From the IMG/VR virus record IMGVR_UViG_3300034375_006485: DNA of 64,000 bases; one strand, given 5' to 3'. The number at the start of each line of letters is the position of its first letter. Within the stretch, counting starts at the first letter, position 1. Below the pieces are notes generated by a model. It was given only the letters and a program-made list of their open reading frames with translations. It was not told the origin of the DNA and did no database searches. This document shows positions 30,301 through 37,511 of the stretch, in pieces. The position numbers and the translations under genes were made by a program. Source of the stretch: an uncultured virus (IMG/VR IMGVR_UViG_3300034375_006485) (Duplodnaviria > Heunggongvirae > Uroviricota > Caudoviricetes).

Positions 30301-33300
30301 CACCTTGTGGACCAATCAGTGAGAATGATAAGAATACCGTATCATTTGCACTGAAGTTGCCAGAAGATGCATAGAATGATTCAATATCAAATGAGAACCA
30401 TCCAGTAGCACCACCAGTTTGTAGTGTAGTATTACCAACAACAAACAGATGATACTGAGATGAATCAACAGGATCTACAATCTTACATAGTGCCTGTCTT
30501 GTTGGAATGCCATATGCCGAAATATCAGCAAAGAAATCTGCTAGAGATGTTCCGCCTCCATCACTATTTGAAACATACATCTCAGTAGCACTTGACTGAG
30601 TTGTAAAGTTATCAAATCTTAAGTTACCTGAACCTGGATTGGCAGATGCAGTTTGTGATGTAAAAGTATAAACATAAGTAGTTTCAGCATTTCTACCACT
30701 TAAACCTTGTAGACCTTGTAGACCTTGAGCACCACTCTGGGTAAAAAATGCTGTTAAATCTTGCCCGTTATTAGGTGCAGTACCAGTCAAATATTCAACA
30801 GGAACAGTATAATATGTTCCATTACTTGTCACTGCTCCATTGACGGAGAAGATCATACTAATATTATTAACACTATCTGCAGAAGTTAGATAGATATAAC
30901 CACGATTTTCTCCAACAGATACTTGGGTATCGTCCCAAGTATCATACCAAAGTGATTGATCAATACCGAATAAATCATTATCATTAAAATATAGAGCAGT
31001 AATATTTGATGGATTACTATTATTAAATCTTAAGTCTCCGTCTGATGTTGTACCAGCAGTAGTCGAAGTGTCAAAGTTATAAGGAATACCACCACGATCT
31101 CCAAGCATACCTTGCAAACCTTGGAGACCTTGGTTGCCCTGGTTTCCTTGATTACCTTGGTTGCCCTGGTTACCTTGGTTGCCCTGGTTACCTTGGAGTC
31201 CTTGTAATCCCTGGTTGCCTTGATTACCCTGATTACCTTGGTTACCCTGGTTACCCTGATTACCTTGAGTGCCTTGGTTACCTTGGAGTCCTTGTAATCC
31301 CTGGTTACCCTGATTACCTTGGTTACCCTGATTACCTTGGTTACCTTGGAGTCCTTGATTACCTTGGTTGCCCTGAACACCTTGAGTACCACTCTTAGTG
31401 AATAGAACTGTTATTTCTTGACCATTTGAGGGAATATCTCCACTTACATAAGTAACAGGTACAGTCCAGTAGGTAGTATTATCAGTTACAGCACCATCAA
31501 CATAGAATATTGAGGTTACATTACCACCAGAATCTGCTGATGTTACATAAATATAACCACGATTTAAACCACTATTAAGAATAGTGTCATCAAAAGTATC
31601 ATACCAACCAGTTTGATCTGATCCAAATGAATCAGTATCATCAAAATAGATTTCTGTAATGCTTGCAGCAGTTGCATTATTGTATCTTAGTGACCCTTGT
31701 CCGCTAGTACCTGCTGCGGTAGTAGAATCAAAGTCATAACGAACACCGCCACGATCTCCAAGCTTACCTTGCAAACCTTGGAGACCTTGATTGCCTTGAT
31801 TTCCTTGGTTACCTTGGAGACCTTGGTTACCTTGATTACCCTGGTTGCCTTGGTTTCCTTGATTTCCCTGGAGACCTTGATTACCCTGGTTACCTTGGTT
31901 ACCTTGGTTACCCTGGTTGCCTTGGTTACCTTGGTTACCTTGAACACCTTGAATACCTGTTCTGGTATGGAACAGGGTTAAGATGTCTCCATTAGATGGT
32001 AAAGTACCAGTTACATACTCTACAGCAATCTTATAATATCCAGATGCTACTTGATTAGCACCATTAATTCTAAAAATATTTACTGTAGTTCCAGATAAAA
32101 TATCTGCAGAGATAAAGTATAAGTATCCCCTATCTGGATTCTCAGTATCATCCCAAACATCATACCAGTTAGTTTGGTTGTTACCTAAATCATCTTCATT
32201 ATCAATATAGATTTCTGTTACTGCGCTGATTGAAGAGTTGTTATATGCAAAGTTTCCTAATCCTGGATCAGCATCGGTAGTTGATGAAACATACTGGAAT
32301 CTAATACCACCACGGTCACCAATACCACCTTGCAGACCTTGAAGACCCTGAGAACCTACACCTTGGAGACCTTGGTTGCCCTGGTTGCCCTGGTTGCCTT
32401 GGTTACCTTGTAAACCTTGATCTCCAACACCCTGTAGACCTTGATTACCCTGTAAACCTTGGAGACCTTGATTGCCTTGATTACCCTGGTTACCTTGGTT
32501 TCCTTGGCGTCCTTGGTTACCCTGTAGTCCCTGGTTACCTTGGTTACCTTGATTACCTTGATTACCTTGATTACCTTGGCGTCCTTGATTACCTTGATTT
32601 CCCTGACGACCTTGTGTTCCCTGAACACCCTGAATAGATACATCAGTGATAGTTGCTTTCTTTAAGTTACCAGCACTCGTATCATATAAGAGTAAATAAT
32701 CAGATCCTTGAATGTCACCAGTTAACTGAGGCCTATCAAAAATAAGATTTGGATTGACATTTCTTAGATTAGAATCAGTGACTCCAGTTCCAAGAGAGGT
32801 TGAATCTACTACAACATTACCGCCAATCTTATAAGCTTCTGTAGCAGGAATATTTACATTTGCATTGATACCAATAGATTCGGTTGCATATTCCCAGACA
32901 ATAGTTTTCTCAATACTGGTTGAACCGATACCAATACCAGCGCCATCAAGTAAAACTTCACTACTAACACTTTTTGCAATAGCAACTTTGAAGTCGGGAA
33001 TATCAAGTGTACCACTACTAATTGTAATAGTTTCACCGTCAACAACTAGGTTACCCTTAATCCTAACAAGACCTGTATTATCACCAACTCCTGCTGGGTC
33101 AATAAGAATAGTTCCTGGACCAGTAATAGAGTTACTGGTAACTATGATTGCTTGTCCCTCTTCACCTAACTCAAGAGAAGATGCACTGACAATACCTGCA
33201 ACATATAAGTCTTGATTATTAAAGAATCTTAGGTTATCATTACCTACAGGTAGATTAGAAGCATTTTTGTATATGATTTGATCAACATCACCTTCTACTG

Positions 33301-34600
33301 GACCTGCAACACCTTGCAAACCCTGTAGACCTTGTAAACCTTGGTTACCTTGTAGACCCTGTAAACCCTGGTTGCCTTGTAAACCTTGTAAACCTTGGTT
33401 ACCTTGTAGACCCTGCATACCTTGCAGGGCAGCACTTAAGATAGTATCTTTCTTAAGTTGACCATCATCCTGATCATAAAATAAGATATAATCTTCAGGA
33501 GCTGCTTGTGTTTGTATTCTATCTGAGATTGCACCTGGGTTAAAACTAGTTAAGTTTGATGCTGTAACACCAGATCCTAGTGTTGTAGCACTAAGAACTT
33601 CGTCGATATCAACATAATATTTTCCTCCGGCGGATGATACTCCTATATTTGCATTTGACTGCCATGCATCAATATCATATTCATAAAGAAGAGCTCTTCT
33701 GATGCTTGTTGAACCAATACCAATAAAATTACCATCAAGATTCTGTAGATCAGTTTCCCTAGCATTAAAGATAATAGATTCAGTAGTTAAAATAACGTCA
33801 TCATTAAAGAAACTAATGCCATCACTGTTAAATCCAATAGGTGTTCCTTTAATAGACAAGTCACCTTCAATATATACCAAACCATCTGAGAATGGTGCGA
33901 TAGTAATAGAAGCAGGACCAGTAATCCTTGTTTGAGTAATACTTAGTGATGAAGTAGTATCAAATCCAGTATAAAATGCATCTGCAGTTAGAATACCAGA
34001 AACTACGTTTTCAAATGATGGACTAGATCCAGAGGTAACTACACCAAAGTCGCCAATGTAGCGATAGGCAACAATGTAAATATTACTTGAAGTTACTCCA
34101 CTCGGAACAACTGATCCATTAAAGTTTAGGATGCCCGATGAATAATCAAAAAACCAAGTATCGTTTGATCCTGCACCAGCAGCAGATAGCTGCACCCCAC
34201 CAGATGCAGGATCCCCTCTATAAACTTTAACAATGTAATCTGGACCAAAGCTAGGATCAATCCAGTTATTAACAGTACTTGAACTATTATTTCCGTATAT
34301 TGATCTTGCAATAAATGCTCTATTACCACTAACAGTAGGGTCTACTGTCATTCTAAGGGCACTACTAGTGCCATACACCTGTACAACAGGACCAGATGAT
34401 GAAGGCGGTGTAGAAGGAATAAGACTAGATTCTGCCCAAATAGTATCTGCGCGTGTTACTATAGGGGAGGGTATAGCTTCTGCGAAAGGAGCTTTTTTAG
34501 TACCTGATAAAGTAGAATCCTCAGCTATACCAGTTTTGGATGCGGTATAACCTATCTTTTTTAATAGAAAATCTAGCTTTTGTTCTTGAGATGCTGCCAC
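21353..34600 (-). CDS. Giant collagen-like tail fibre (4415 aa) with Gly-X-Gln tracts, 15 interspersed ~120-aa domains and a C-terminal peptidase S74 chaperone
   Basis: GTG start; (QGN/QGL)n; C-terminal SD..LKENI..YGVIAQE.E...PELV..VNY..LIP. Confidence 0.9.
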   Translation of the reverse strand: MAASQEQKLDFLLKKIGYTASKTGIAEDSTLSGTKKAPFAEAIPSPIVTRADTIWAESSLIPSTPPSSSGPVVQVYGTSSALRMTVDPTVSGNRAFIARSIYGNNSSSTVNNWIDPSFGPDYIVKVYRGDPASGGVQLSAAGAGSNDTWFFDYSSGILNFNGSVVPSGVTSSNIYIVAYRYIGDFGVVTSGSSPSFENVVSGILTADAFYTGFDTTSSLSITQTRITGPASITIAPFSDGLVYIEGDLSIKGTPIGFNSDGISFFNDDVILTTESIIFNARETDLQNLDGNFIGIGSTSIRRALLYEYDIDAWQSNANIGVSSAGGKYYVDIDEVLSATTLGSGVTASNLTSFNPGAISDRIQTQAAPEDYILFYDQDDGQLKKDTILSAALQGMQGLQGNQGLQGLQGNQGLQGLQGNQGLQGLQGLQGVAGPVEGDVDQIIYKNASNLPVGNDNLRFFNNQDLYVAGIVSASSLELGEEGQAIIVTSNSITGPGTILIDPAGVGDNTGLVRIKGNLVVDGETITISSGTLDIPDFKVAIAKSVSSEVLLDGAGIGIGSTSIEKTIVWEYATESIGINANVNIPATEAYKIGGNVVVDSTSLGTGVTDSNLRNVNPNLIFDRPQLTGDIQGSDYLLLYDTSAGNLKKATITDVSIQGVQGTQGRQGNQGNQGRQGNQGNQGNQGNQGNQGLQGNQGRQGNQGNQGNQGNQGLQGLQGNQGLQGVGDQGLQGNQGNQGNQGNQGLQGVGSQGLQGLQGGIGDRGGIRFQYVSSTTDADPGLGNFAYNNSSISAVTEIYIDNEDDLGNNQTNWYDVWDDTENPDRGYLYFISADILSGTTVNIFRINGANQVASGYYKIAVEYVTGTLPSNGDILTLFHTRTGIQGVQGNQGNQGNQGNQGNQGNQGNQGLQGNQGNQGNQGNQGNQGLQGNQGNQGNQGLQGLQGKLGDRGGVRYDFDSTTAAGTSGQGSLRYNNATAASITEIYFDDTDSFGSDQTGWYDTFDDTILNSGLNRGYIYVTSADSGGNVTSIFYVDGAVTDNTTYWTVPVTYVSGDIPSNGQEITVLFTKSGTQGVQGNQGNQGLQGNQGNQGNQGNQGNQGLQGLQGNQGTQGNQGNQGNQGNQGNQGNQGLQGLQGNQGNQGNQGNQGNQGNQGNQGLQGLQGMLGDRGGIPYNFDTSTTAGTTSDGDLRFNNSNPSNITALYFNDNDLFGIDQSLWYDTWDDTQVSVGENRGYIYLTSADSVNNISMIFSVNGAVTSNGTYYTVPVEYLTGTAPNNGQDLTAFFTQSGAQGLQGLQGLSGRNAETTYVYTFTSQTASANPGSGNLRFDNFTTQSSATEMYVSNSDGGGTSLADFFADISAYGIPTRQALCKIVDPVDSSQYHLFVVGNTTLQTGGATGWFSFDIESFYASSGNFSANDTVFLSFSLIGPQGVQGLQGLQGNQGNQGNQGNQGNQGNQGLQGNQGNQGNQGNQGNQGNQGLQGLQGLQGNQGNQGNQGNQGNQGLQGNQGRQGNQGNQGNQGNQGNQGLQGNQGNQGNQGNQGNQGNQGLQGLQGNIGNRGGVPYIFSTTTTNADPGNGIFRYNNATIGSVTEIYIDNLDDLGNDQTVWYDVWDDTQLNAGLSRGNLVITSADVTGTNVNVFNVVGAVTAETGYYRVPVAYVSGSLPTNSEKLVFNFTRSGVQGLQGLQGLQGPDGVSSGDTFEYFYSTSTTSGDPGSGYFRFDNTTIENSTEMYLDHADQNGSDLSDFYSFVNAYGSPGNKGFIKIQSQTNSNNFYIFRLGGVTLESAGVNGWSTLDLTDSVSVGSGFSNNDEIFISFGLAGIQGTQGNQGNQGNQGNQGLQGLQGNQGNQGNQGNQGNQGNQGNQGLQGLQGNQGNQGNQGNQGNQGNQGNQGLQGNQGNQGNQGNQGNQGNQGLQGNQGNQGNQGNQGNQGLQGNQGNQGNQGNQGNQGNQGNQGLQGNQGNQGNQGNQGNQGMLGDRGGIPYLFDTTTTANSGGQGRLRFNNSTIGSVTQLYIDDTDLFGVDQTAWYDTWDDTIVNSGLNRGYVYITSADASSNVSAVFFVDDSVVDNGAYYTVPVTYLTGVLPTNNQELTIFFTKTGVQGVQGNQGNQGNQGNQGNQGNQGNQGNQGLQGNQGNQGNQGNQGNQGNQGNQGLQGNQGRQGLQGNQGNQGNQGNQGNQGNQGNQGLQGLQGLQGLQGNQGRQGNQGNQGNQGLQGNQGNQGNQGNQGNQGNQGNQGLQGNQGNQGNQGNQGNQGNQGNQGLQGLQGMLGDRGGIPYLFDTTTTAGSGGQGRLRFNASSIASVTSMYFDDTDEFGIDQTAWYETWDDTTMDPGLNRGFIYITSADSSTNVSAVFEVDGAVTDNTTYHTIPVNYLTGTLPSNGQEVTVFFTKTGIQGVQGLQGNQGLQGNQGNQGNQGNQGNQGLQGNQGNQGNQGNQGNQGLQGNQGNQGLQGNQGNQGNQGNQGNQGNQGNQGLQGNQGNQGNQGNQGNQGLQGNQGNQGNQGNQGNQGNQGNQGLQGLQGVAAARTLGSNVRYSNNTTIANPGSGNFRLNNTTFTSATTLAISEFDTVGVDQSAVLNLLDYSDNELKSTFAIQKIGDASVYVVGVIKSDRIDQGTWRQYTVEILISNGTFNNLEDCFFSIQPQGNQGLQGLQGNQGNQGNQGNQGNQGNQGLQGLQGLQGNQGRQGNQGNQGNQGLQGNQGNQGNQGNQGNQGLQGNQGNQGNQGNQGLQGNYGSRGGTPYVFSTATGDFDPGNGTIRYNNGTIGSVTQIFIDNLDGLGNNQTGWYNTWDDTQVNPGLVRGYLYLTSSDSNETTVDVFQITGAVTVASGYYKIPVSHVSGSLPANNEELSLNFVASGIQGLQGNQGNQGNQGNQGNQGNQGNQGNQGLQGNQGRQGNQGNQGNQGNQGLQGNQGNQGNQGNQGNQGNQGNQGLQGNQGNQGNQGNQGNQGNQGNQGLQGLQGISAARSLGSVFEYNSSTANTNPGNGHIGFNAAPTANFTQFRISEIDIETTDVQGILSSIDYSNNSPRSVITVQREANNLDYIVFSVESYRNDQGTWRYFTVTKIAQTGTFTDGDRVFVVIQPVGNQGLQGNQGNQGNQGNQGNQGNQGNQGVQGLQGNIGNRGGVPYDFQGSTGGVPGSGTVTYNSSTFSSITQLRIHDIDQLSNDQTNWISSWDDTALTGGLNRGYIYLISASSDANTVNIFEVDGTATNNGTYWTIPVNPISGTVPSNGTELTLAFTRSGVQGVQGLQGNQGNQGNQGNQGNQGNQGNQGLQGNQGRQGNQGNQGNQGNQGNQGNQGLQGNQGRQGNQGRQGNQGNQGNQGNQGLQGNQGRQGNQGNQGNQGNQGNQGNQGLQGNIGNRGGVPYTYAGTGTSSGTSGEIRFNNGSNPTVVYVNDIDDLGNNQSNWITSWDDTTLNGGLNRGYIYIISALSSDNTVTILEVDGNITDNGSYYSIPVNYLSGSTPTASEEVTLTFTRSGVQGVQGLQGNQGNQGNQGNQGNQGNQGNQGLQGNQGNQGNQGNQGNQGNQGLQGNQGNQGLQGLQGNQGNQGNQGNQGNQGNQGLQGLQGNQGNQGNQGNQGNQGNQGNQGLQGNQGNQGNQGNQGNQGNQGLQGNQGNIGNRGGVPYTYSGTGAPSSGQIRYNNSTFASITAIQVHDIDQLSNDQSNWIASWDDTALTGGLNRGYIYVISALSSDNTVNIFEVDGSATNNGTYYTIPVNPISGSTPSVSEEVTLAFTRSGVQGLQGNQGNQGNQGLQGNQGNQGLQGNQGNQGNQGLQGNQGNQGLQGNQGNQGLQGNQGNQGNQGNQGNQGLQGNQGNQGNQGNQGNQGNQGLQGNQGNQGNQGNQGNQGNQGNIGNRGGVPYAYGGTGAPSSGQIRFNNATASSVTSITVNDIDALSNNQSGWIASWDDTTLTGGLNRGYIYIISALSSDNTVVIFEVDGNITDNGSYYTIPVNYLAGASPSVSEEVTLAFTRSGVQGLQGNQGNQGNQGNQGNQGNQGNQGNQGLQGNQGRQGNQGNQGNQGNQGNQGLQGNQGRQGNQGNQGNQGNQGNQGLQGNQGRQGNQGNQGNQGLQGNQGNQGRQGRQGNQGNQGTQGNQGNQGNQGLQGNQGRQGNQGNQGNQGRSNQGVQGNQGTQATQGNQGNQGRSNQGVQGNQGTQATQGNQGNQGNQGTQGTQATQGTQGRQGNQGNQGNQGNQGLQGRQGTQGTQATQGTQGLQGNQGLQGLSNQGVQGNQGLQGTQGVQGTQSSQGVQGKSGTEISITNDTTTNATRYPTFVNQTSGTVSTEYVSSTKLQFNPSTGQLSATDFNSTSDIQLKENISYLSNSIDKLEKISSIRFTWKDNGNVSYGVIAQELENIIPELVNNNGNNKTVNYSGLIPFLINALVEDHNYIKVLENRVSNLENK
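21805..33430. repeat. 9-bp-period coding tandem repeats (e.g. CCTTGGTTA) in many blocks
   Basis: Encode Gly-X-Gln triplets on the minus strand, with synonymous variation. Confidence 0.95.
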
Positions 34601-34620
34601 AGATCTTACTTTCCCTTAAC

Positions 34621-36750
34621 TTATGTAGACGTGAATGACATGGTAGTTATTGACTGCCCAGAGTTCAATCTCCAACGAATCAAAATGCGATTATTCGAAT
34701 CATTAGATGAAGATTCTGTACCAAATACGCAAGTAAATGTTCCACTATTACCATTCATCGCTCCACCTGAAGAACATCCTGGTTCTGCTGATGTTGGCAC
34801 ACCAGCACCTCTGTATGCTTGGAACATATCTGCCCAACCATTTGTTCCTGACAAAGATGATGTCCAAGTAGAGTTGTTTGGCATACAAACCCAACAACCA
34901 GCATAAGAACCAGTTACGACAATTTTAAACTCAGATACCTGAGATCTAATAAAATCCATTTGAAAATACTGTGCCCCAGTTCTACCAGAAGAATAATCTG
35001 GTCCTGCTGGTAACCAAGATCCATTTGAATAATCAGTTACATCATGACGCAGTACAGCACCTCTAACGATAGATTCATATGTAGCAGCAGTGTTAGATGC
35101 TGTAAATGTTGTAAAGACTGGTGATGGATTATCACCAGTAGAACCTGCATTTACTCTTTTAGCGTTACCAGAACCAGTTCCTAAAGAACTCACTAAGATG
35201 TTATCCTCATCAATTTTATTAGTTCTTGCAGTTGTTCCCATCATATTAACTGCCTGAGTTATAGTTGCTCTGACAGAATTTGATCCATAAGGAGTAGTTG
35301 CAGTATAGTTAGAGAACCTTGTCGTATCAGTATTAACAGTTTGATGGAGATCTCTGGGTGTCTGAGAAACTAAGCAGGTTACACCAGTACCTACACCATA
35401 ATTCTGGACTGGTGGATTCGTCCCACCATCAAAATCTGTATAACTCTTAGTACCTCCATTTTGGAATCCTGTGGTTTGACCACCAGATGCCAAGAAAGTG
35501 TTCTGAGTGTACATATCACCACTAGCATTCTCACAAGTTATTACATAAGTGAATGCATTGCTAGAAGATTGTGTGTAATGTGGTACACCTGAAGAATAAT
35601 TTAAGGTTGGTGAAGGTGGTGTTACTGGAGTAGTAGCACTTAATACAGGTGCAGAGACTGTACTTGGATCTTCATACCAAAAAGCGCGTTGAGTTTTATA
35701 TCCAAACTGCTGAATATATCCTCTATTAAACCCATTTGGAGATGTGGCATTAATCAATCTAGCATCATAAACTTCATAAAACTCTGAGTTAATACCAGGA
35801 TTTCTAGTTGAGAAAAACGCATCCTTATCATTTGAAATCTGTAACGCACCGTAAATGCCGTCATTTGATCCAGTTGTCAGAGTAACTACTCCAACAGAAC
35901 CATCATTTATATACCCCGTTACAGTCCCTGCATCACCAGGACCATACTCTGTAATGTAGTTTGAAGTTACTGAGTTAGTGATGTTCCTATTATATTGTGT
36001 ACCTGCTGATGGAGTTAACTCTCCACTAGTACTATTTGTTGGCGCAAAACCAGCACATAATCTACCAACACCTGTCAATCCAGTCATAGTAAATACTACG
36101 TTTGAAATAGTATCGGGTGGTTTTGGTACTAGTTTTCCTAAAATAAAGTTGATTTCATTAACAGAATCTTTTGTATAATCTGCAGTCTCAATGCCAACTG
36201 CTCCTGGAAGGAATCCTCCGTTAGGAGTTCCAATGACTTGATCACCATAAAACTCTGAAGCTGTTATAAATCCAGTTACTTTTACGTCATCAATAATAGA
36301 TAATCTATGATCTGGTAAGGGAAAAGATGTTCCAATACCTACACTATTTGTAGAAGGAGAAAAAACAAATAAAGGATCAACAGATAATGATGTAATAATA
36401 CCAGAAGTTGCTGTTAAAAACCCAACATACCTAGCATCATTACCAGTGGGATCTGCTAGTTTATTTGATAAAACATTAGATAATGTGGATCCATCACCAT
36501 AATATTCCGTTGCAGTAATAAATCCAGATACTATGGCATCACCATCAACGGTGATATCATTAGATACATTAATATCTGAGGCAGTTAGTGCCCCAGATAC
36601 TAAAACATCTCCTGTAACGGTTAGATCTGCGGATGCATATGTTGTACCAATGCCAACCCTACCAGTTACCTCAAGTACAGTAGAGTTTTCGGTATAAGAA
36701 GATATACCGACGCTAAGATTCCTTTTACGTTCGCTTAAAAACTTTGGCAT
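34621..36750 (-). CDS. Virion structural/fibre-associated protein, paralog of 49771..51789
   Basis: Shared INFILGKLVPKPP...FTCVFGTESSSND..NRILIR body. Confidence 0.8.
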   Translation of the reverse strand: MPKFLSERKRNLSVGISSYTENSTVLEVTGRVGIGTTYASADLTVTGDVLVSGALTASDINVSNDITVDGDAIVSGFITATEYYGDGSTLSNVLSNKLADPTGNDARYVGFLTATSGIITSLSVDPLFVFSPSTNSVGIGTSFPLPDHRLSIIDDVKVTGFITASEFYGDQVIGTPNGGFLPGAVGIETADYTKDSVNEINFILGKLVPKPPDTISNVVFTMTGLTGVGRLCAGFAPTNSTSGELTPSAGTQYNRNITNSVTSNYITEYGPGDAGTVTGYINDGSVGVVTLTTGSNDGIYGALQISNDKDAFFSTRNPGINSEFYEVYDARLINATSPNGFNRGYIQQFGYKTQRAFWYEDPSTVSAPVLSATTPVTPPSPTLNYSSGVPHYTQSSSNAFTYVITCENASGDMYTQNTFLASGGQTTGFQNGGTKSYTDFDGGTNPPVQNYGVGTGVTCLVSQTPRDLHQTVNTDTTRFSNYTATTPYGSNSVRATITQAVNMMGTTARTNKIDEDNILVSSLGTGSGNAKRVNAGSTGDNPSPVFTTFTASNTAATYESIVRGAVLRHDVTDYSNGSWLPAGPDYSSGRTGAQYFQMDFIRSQVSEFKIVVTGSYAGCWVCMPNNSTWTSSLSGTNGWADMFQAYRGAGVPTSAEPGCSSGGAMNGNSGTFTCVFGTESSSNDSNNRILIRWRLNSGQSITTMSFTST

Positions 36751-36818
36751 TAGTCAACCTATACATTTGTGGTATATACCGCAGATCCAGTTATATAACT
36801 GAATATAATAATATTTAT

Positions 36819-37106
36819 TCAATTAAATATTTCTTCATTATCCAAAATACTTTCTTCTTCGTCTTGTTTTGCTAACGTTACTTTAGTTTTTCTGGAGGTT
36901 CTTTTCTTCAGTTTTTCTTGTTCTTTAGTAATATCTCCAATAGTTTCGTTGAGATTTTCTACCATAGAACTAAGAGTTGCTACCTTAGCTTCCAATGAGA
37001 TGTTTTCATTAAACAACTTAAAAGTTTTTTGTTGATATACTGAGATTAAAGTTTTATAGTCATCCTCAGAGATATACTGAAACTCATCTTCTTTATTTCT
37101 AGACAT
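36819..37106 (-). CDS. Small coiled-coil protein, paralog of 3413..3649
   Basis: Start probably ATG 37106 (MSRNKE), after the hairpin. Confidence 0.7.
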   Translation of the reverse strand: MSRNKEDEFQYISEDDYKTLISVYQQKTFKLFNENISLEAKVATLSSMVENLNETIGDITKEQEKLKKRTSRKTKVTLAKQDEEESILDNEEIFN

Positions 37107-37138
37107 AAAAAAATAGGTGTAATAATACACCTATTTAT
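37107..37138 (-). terminator. Terminator hairpin overlapping a late promoter
   Basis: ATAAATAGGTGT-ATTATT-ACACCTATTTTTTT immediately before the ATG. Confidence 0.7.
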
Positions 37139-37166
37139 GTGGATTTGATTATATTATTTTTTTAAA

Positions 37167-37508
37167 TCAGTTTAGGGTCTCAAGAACTGAAACGATAAAC
37201 TTGACATCACTACTTGTACTTCCTTCAACCTTGAGGGAATCTCCCTGCTCCATAACTAGTTTTCCTGCTAATAGATTGACAGCATCATTTGCTGGGATTG
37301 GAAACTCACGGAATAGTTCGGTTGTTACCGCAATACCAGATTTGGTTCTTACATGAGAAACGCTAATATCTTGACTAGATGCTCCCACGTTTGATGCTTG
37401 TGCCAGGAGGAGTACTCCCGTGTAACCCACGGGAGCAGTATAAATTCCTACTGGTTCTGTTGAGACAACATTAGTGATTGTCTTGAATACGTTAAGGGCT
37501 AATGCCAT
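37167..37508 (-). CDS. Conserved small beta-rich cyanophage structural protein
   Basis: IYTAP.GY...LL...N and KLV.E.GD motif; coupled to the giant gene. Confidence 0.7.
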   Translation of the reverse strand: MALALNVFKTITNVVSTEPVGIYTAPVGYTGVLLLAQASNVGASSQDISVSHVRTKSGIAVTTELFREFPIPANDAVNLLAGKLVMEQGDSLKVEGSTSSDVKFIVSVLETLN

Positions 37509-37511
37509 GGA

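Noticed and set aside
21787..32643. Dozens of alternative-frame and plus-strand ORFs (KVTKV.., LVTLV.., YLGYP..)
   Set aside because: They are shadows of the 9-bp Gly-X-Gln repeat, which lacks stops in several frames; they have no independent starts or RBSs
21805..33430. Repeat blocks alternating with unique segments resembling a CRISPR array
   Set aside because: The repeats are 9-bp coding triplets, the intervening segments are ~360-bp homologous protein domains in one ORF, and there are no cas genes
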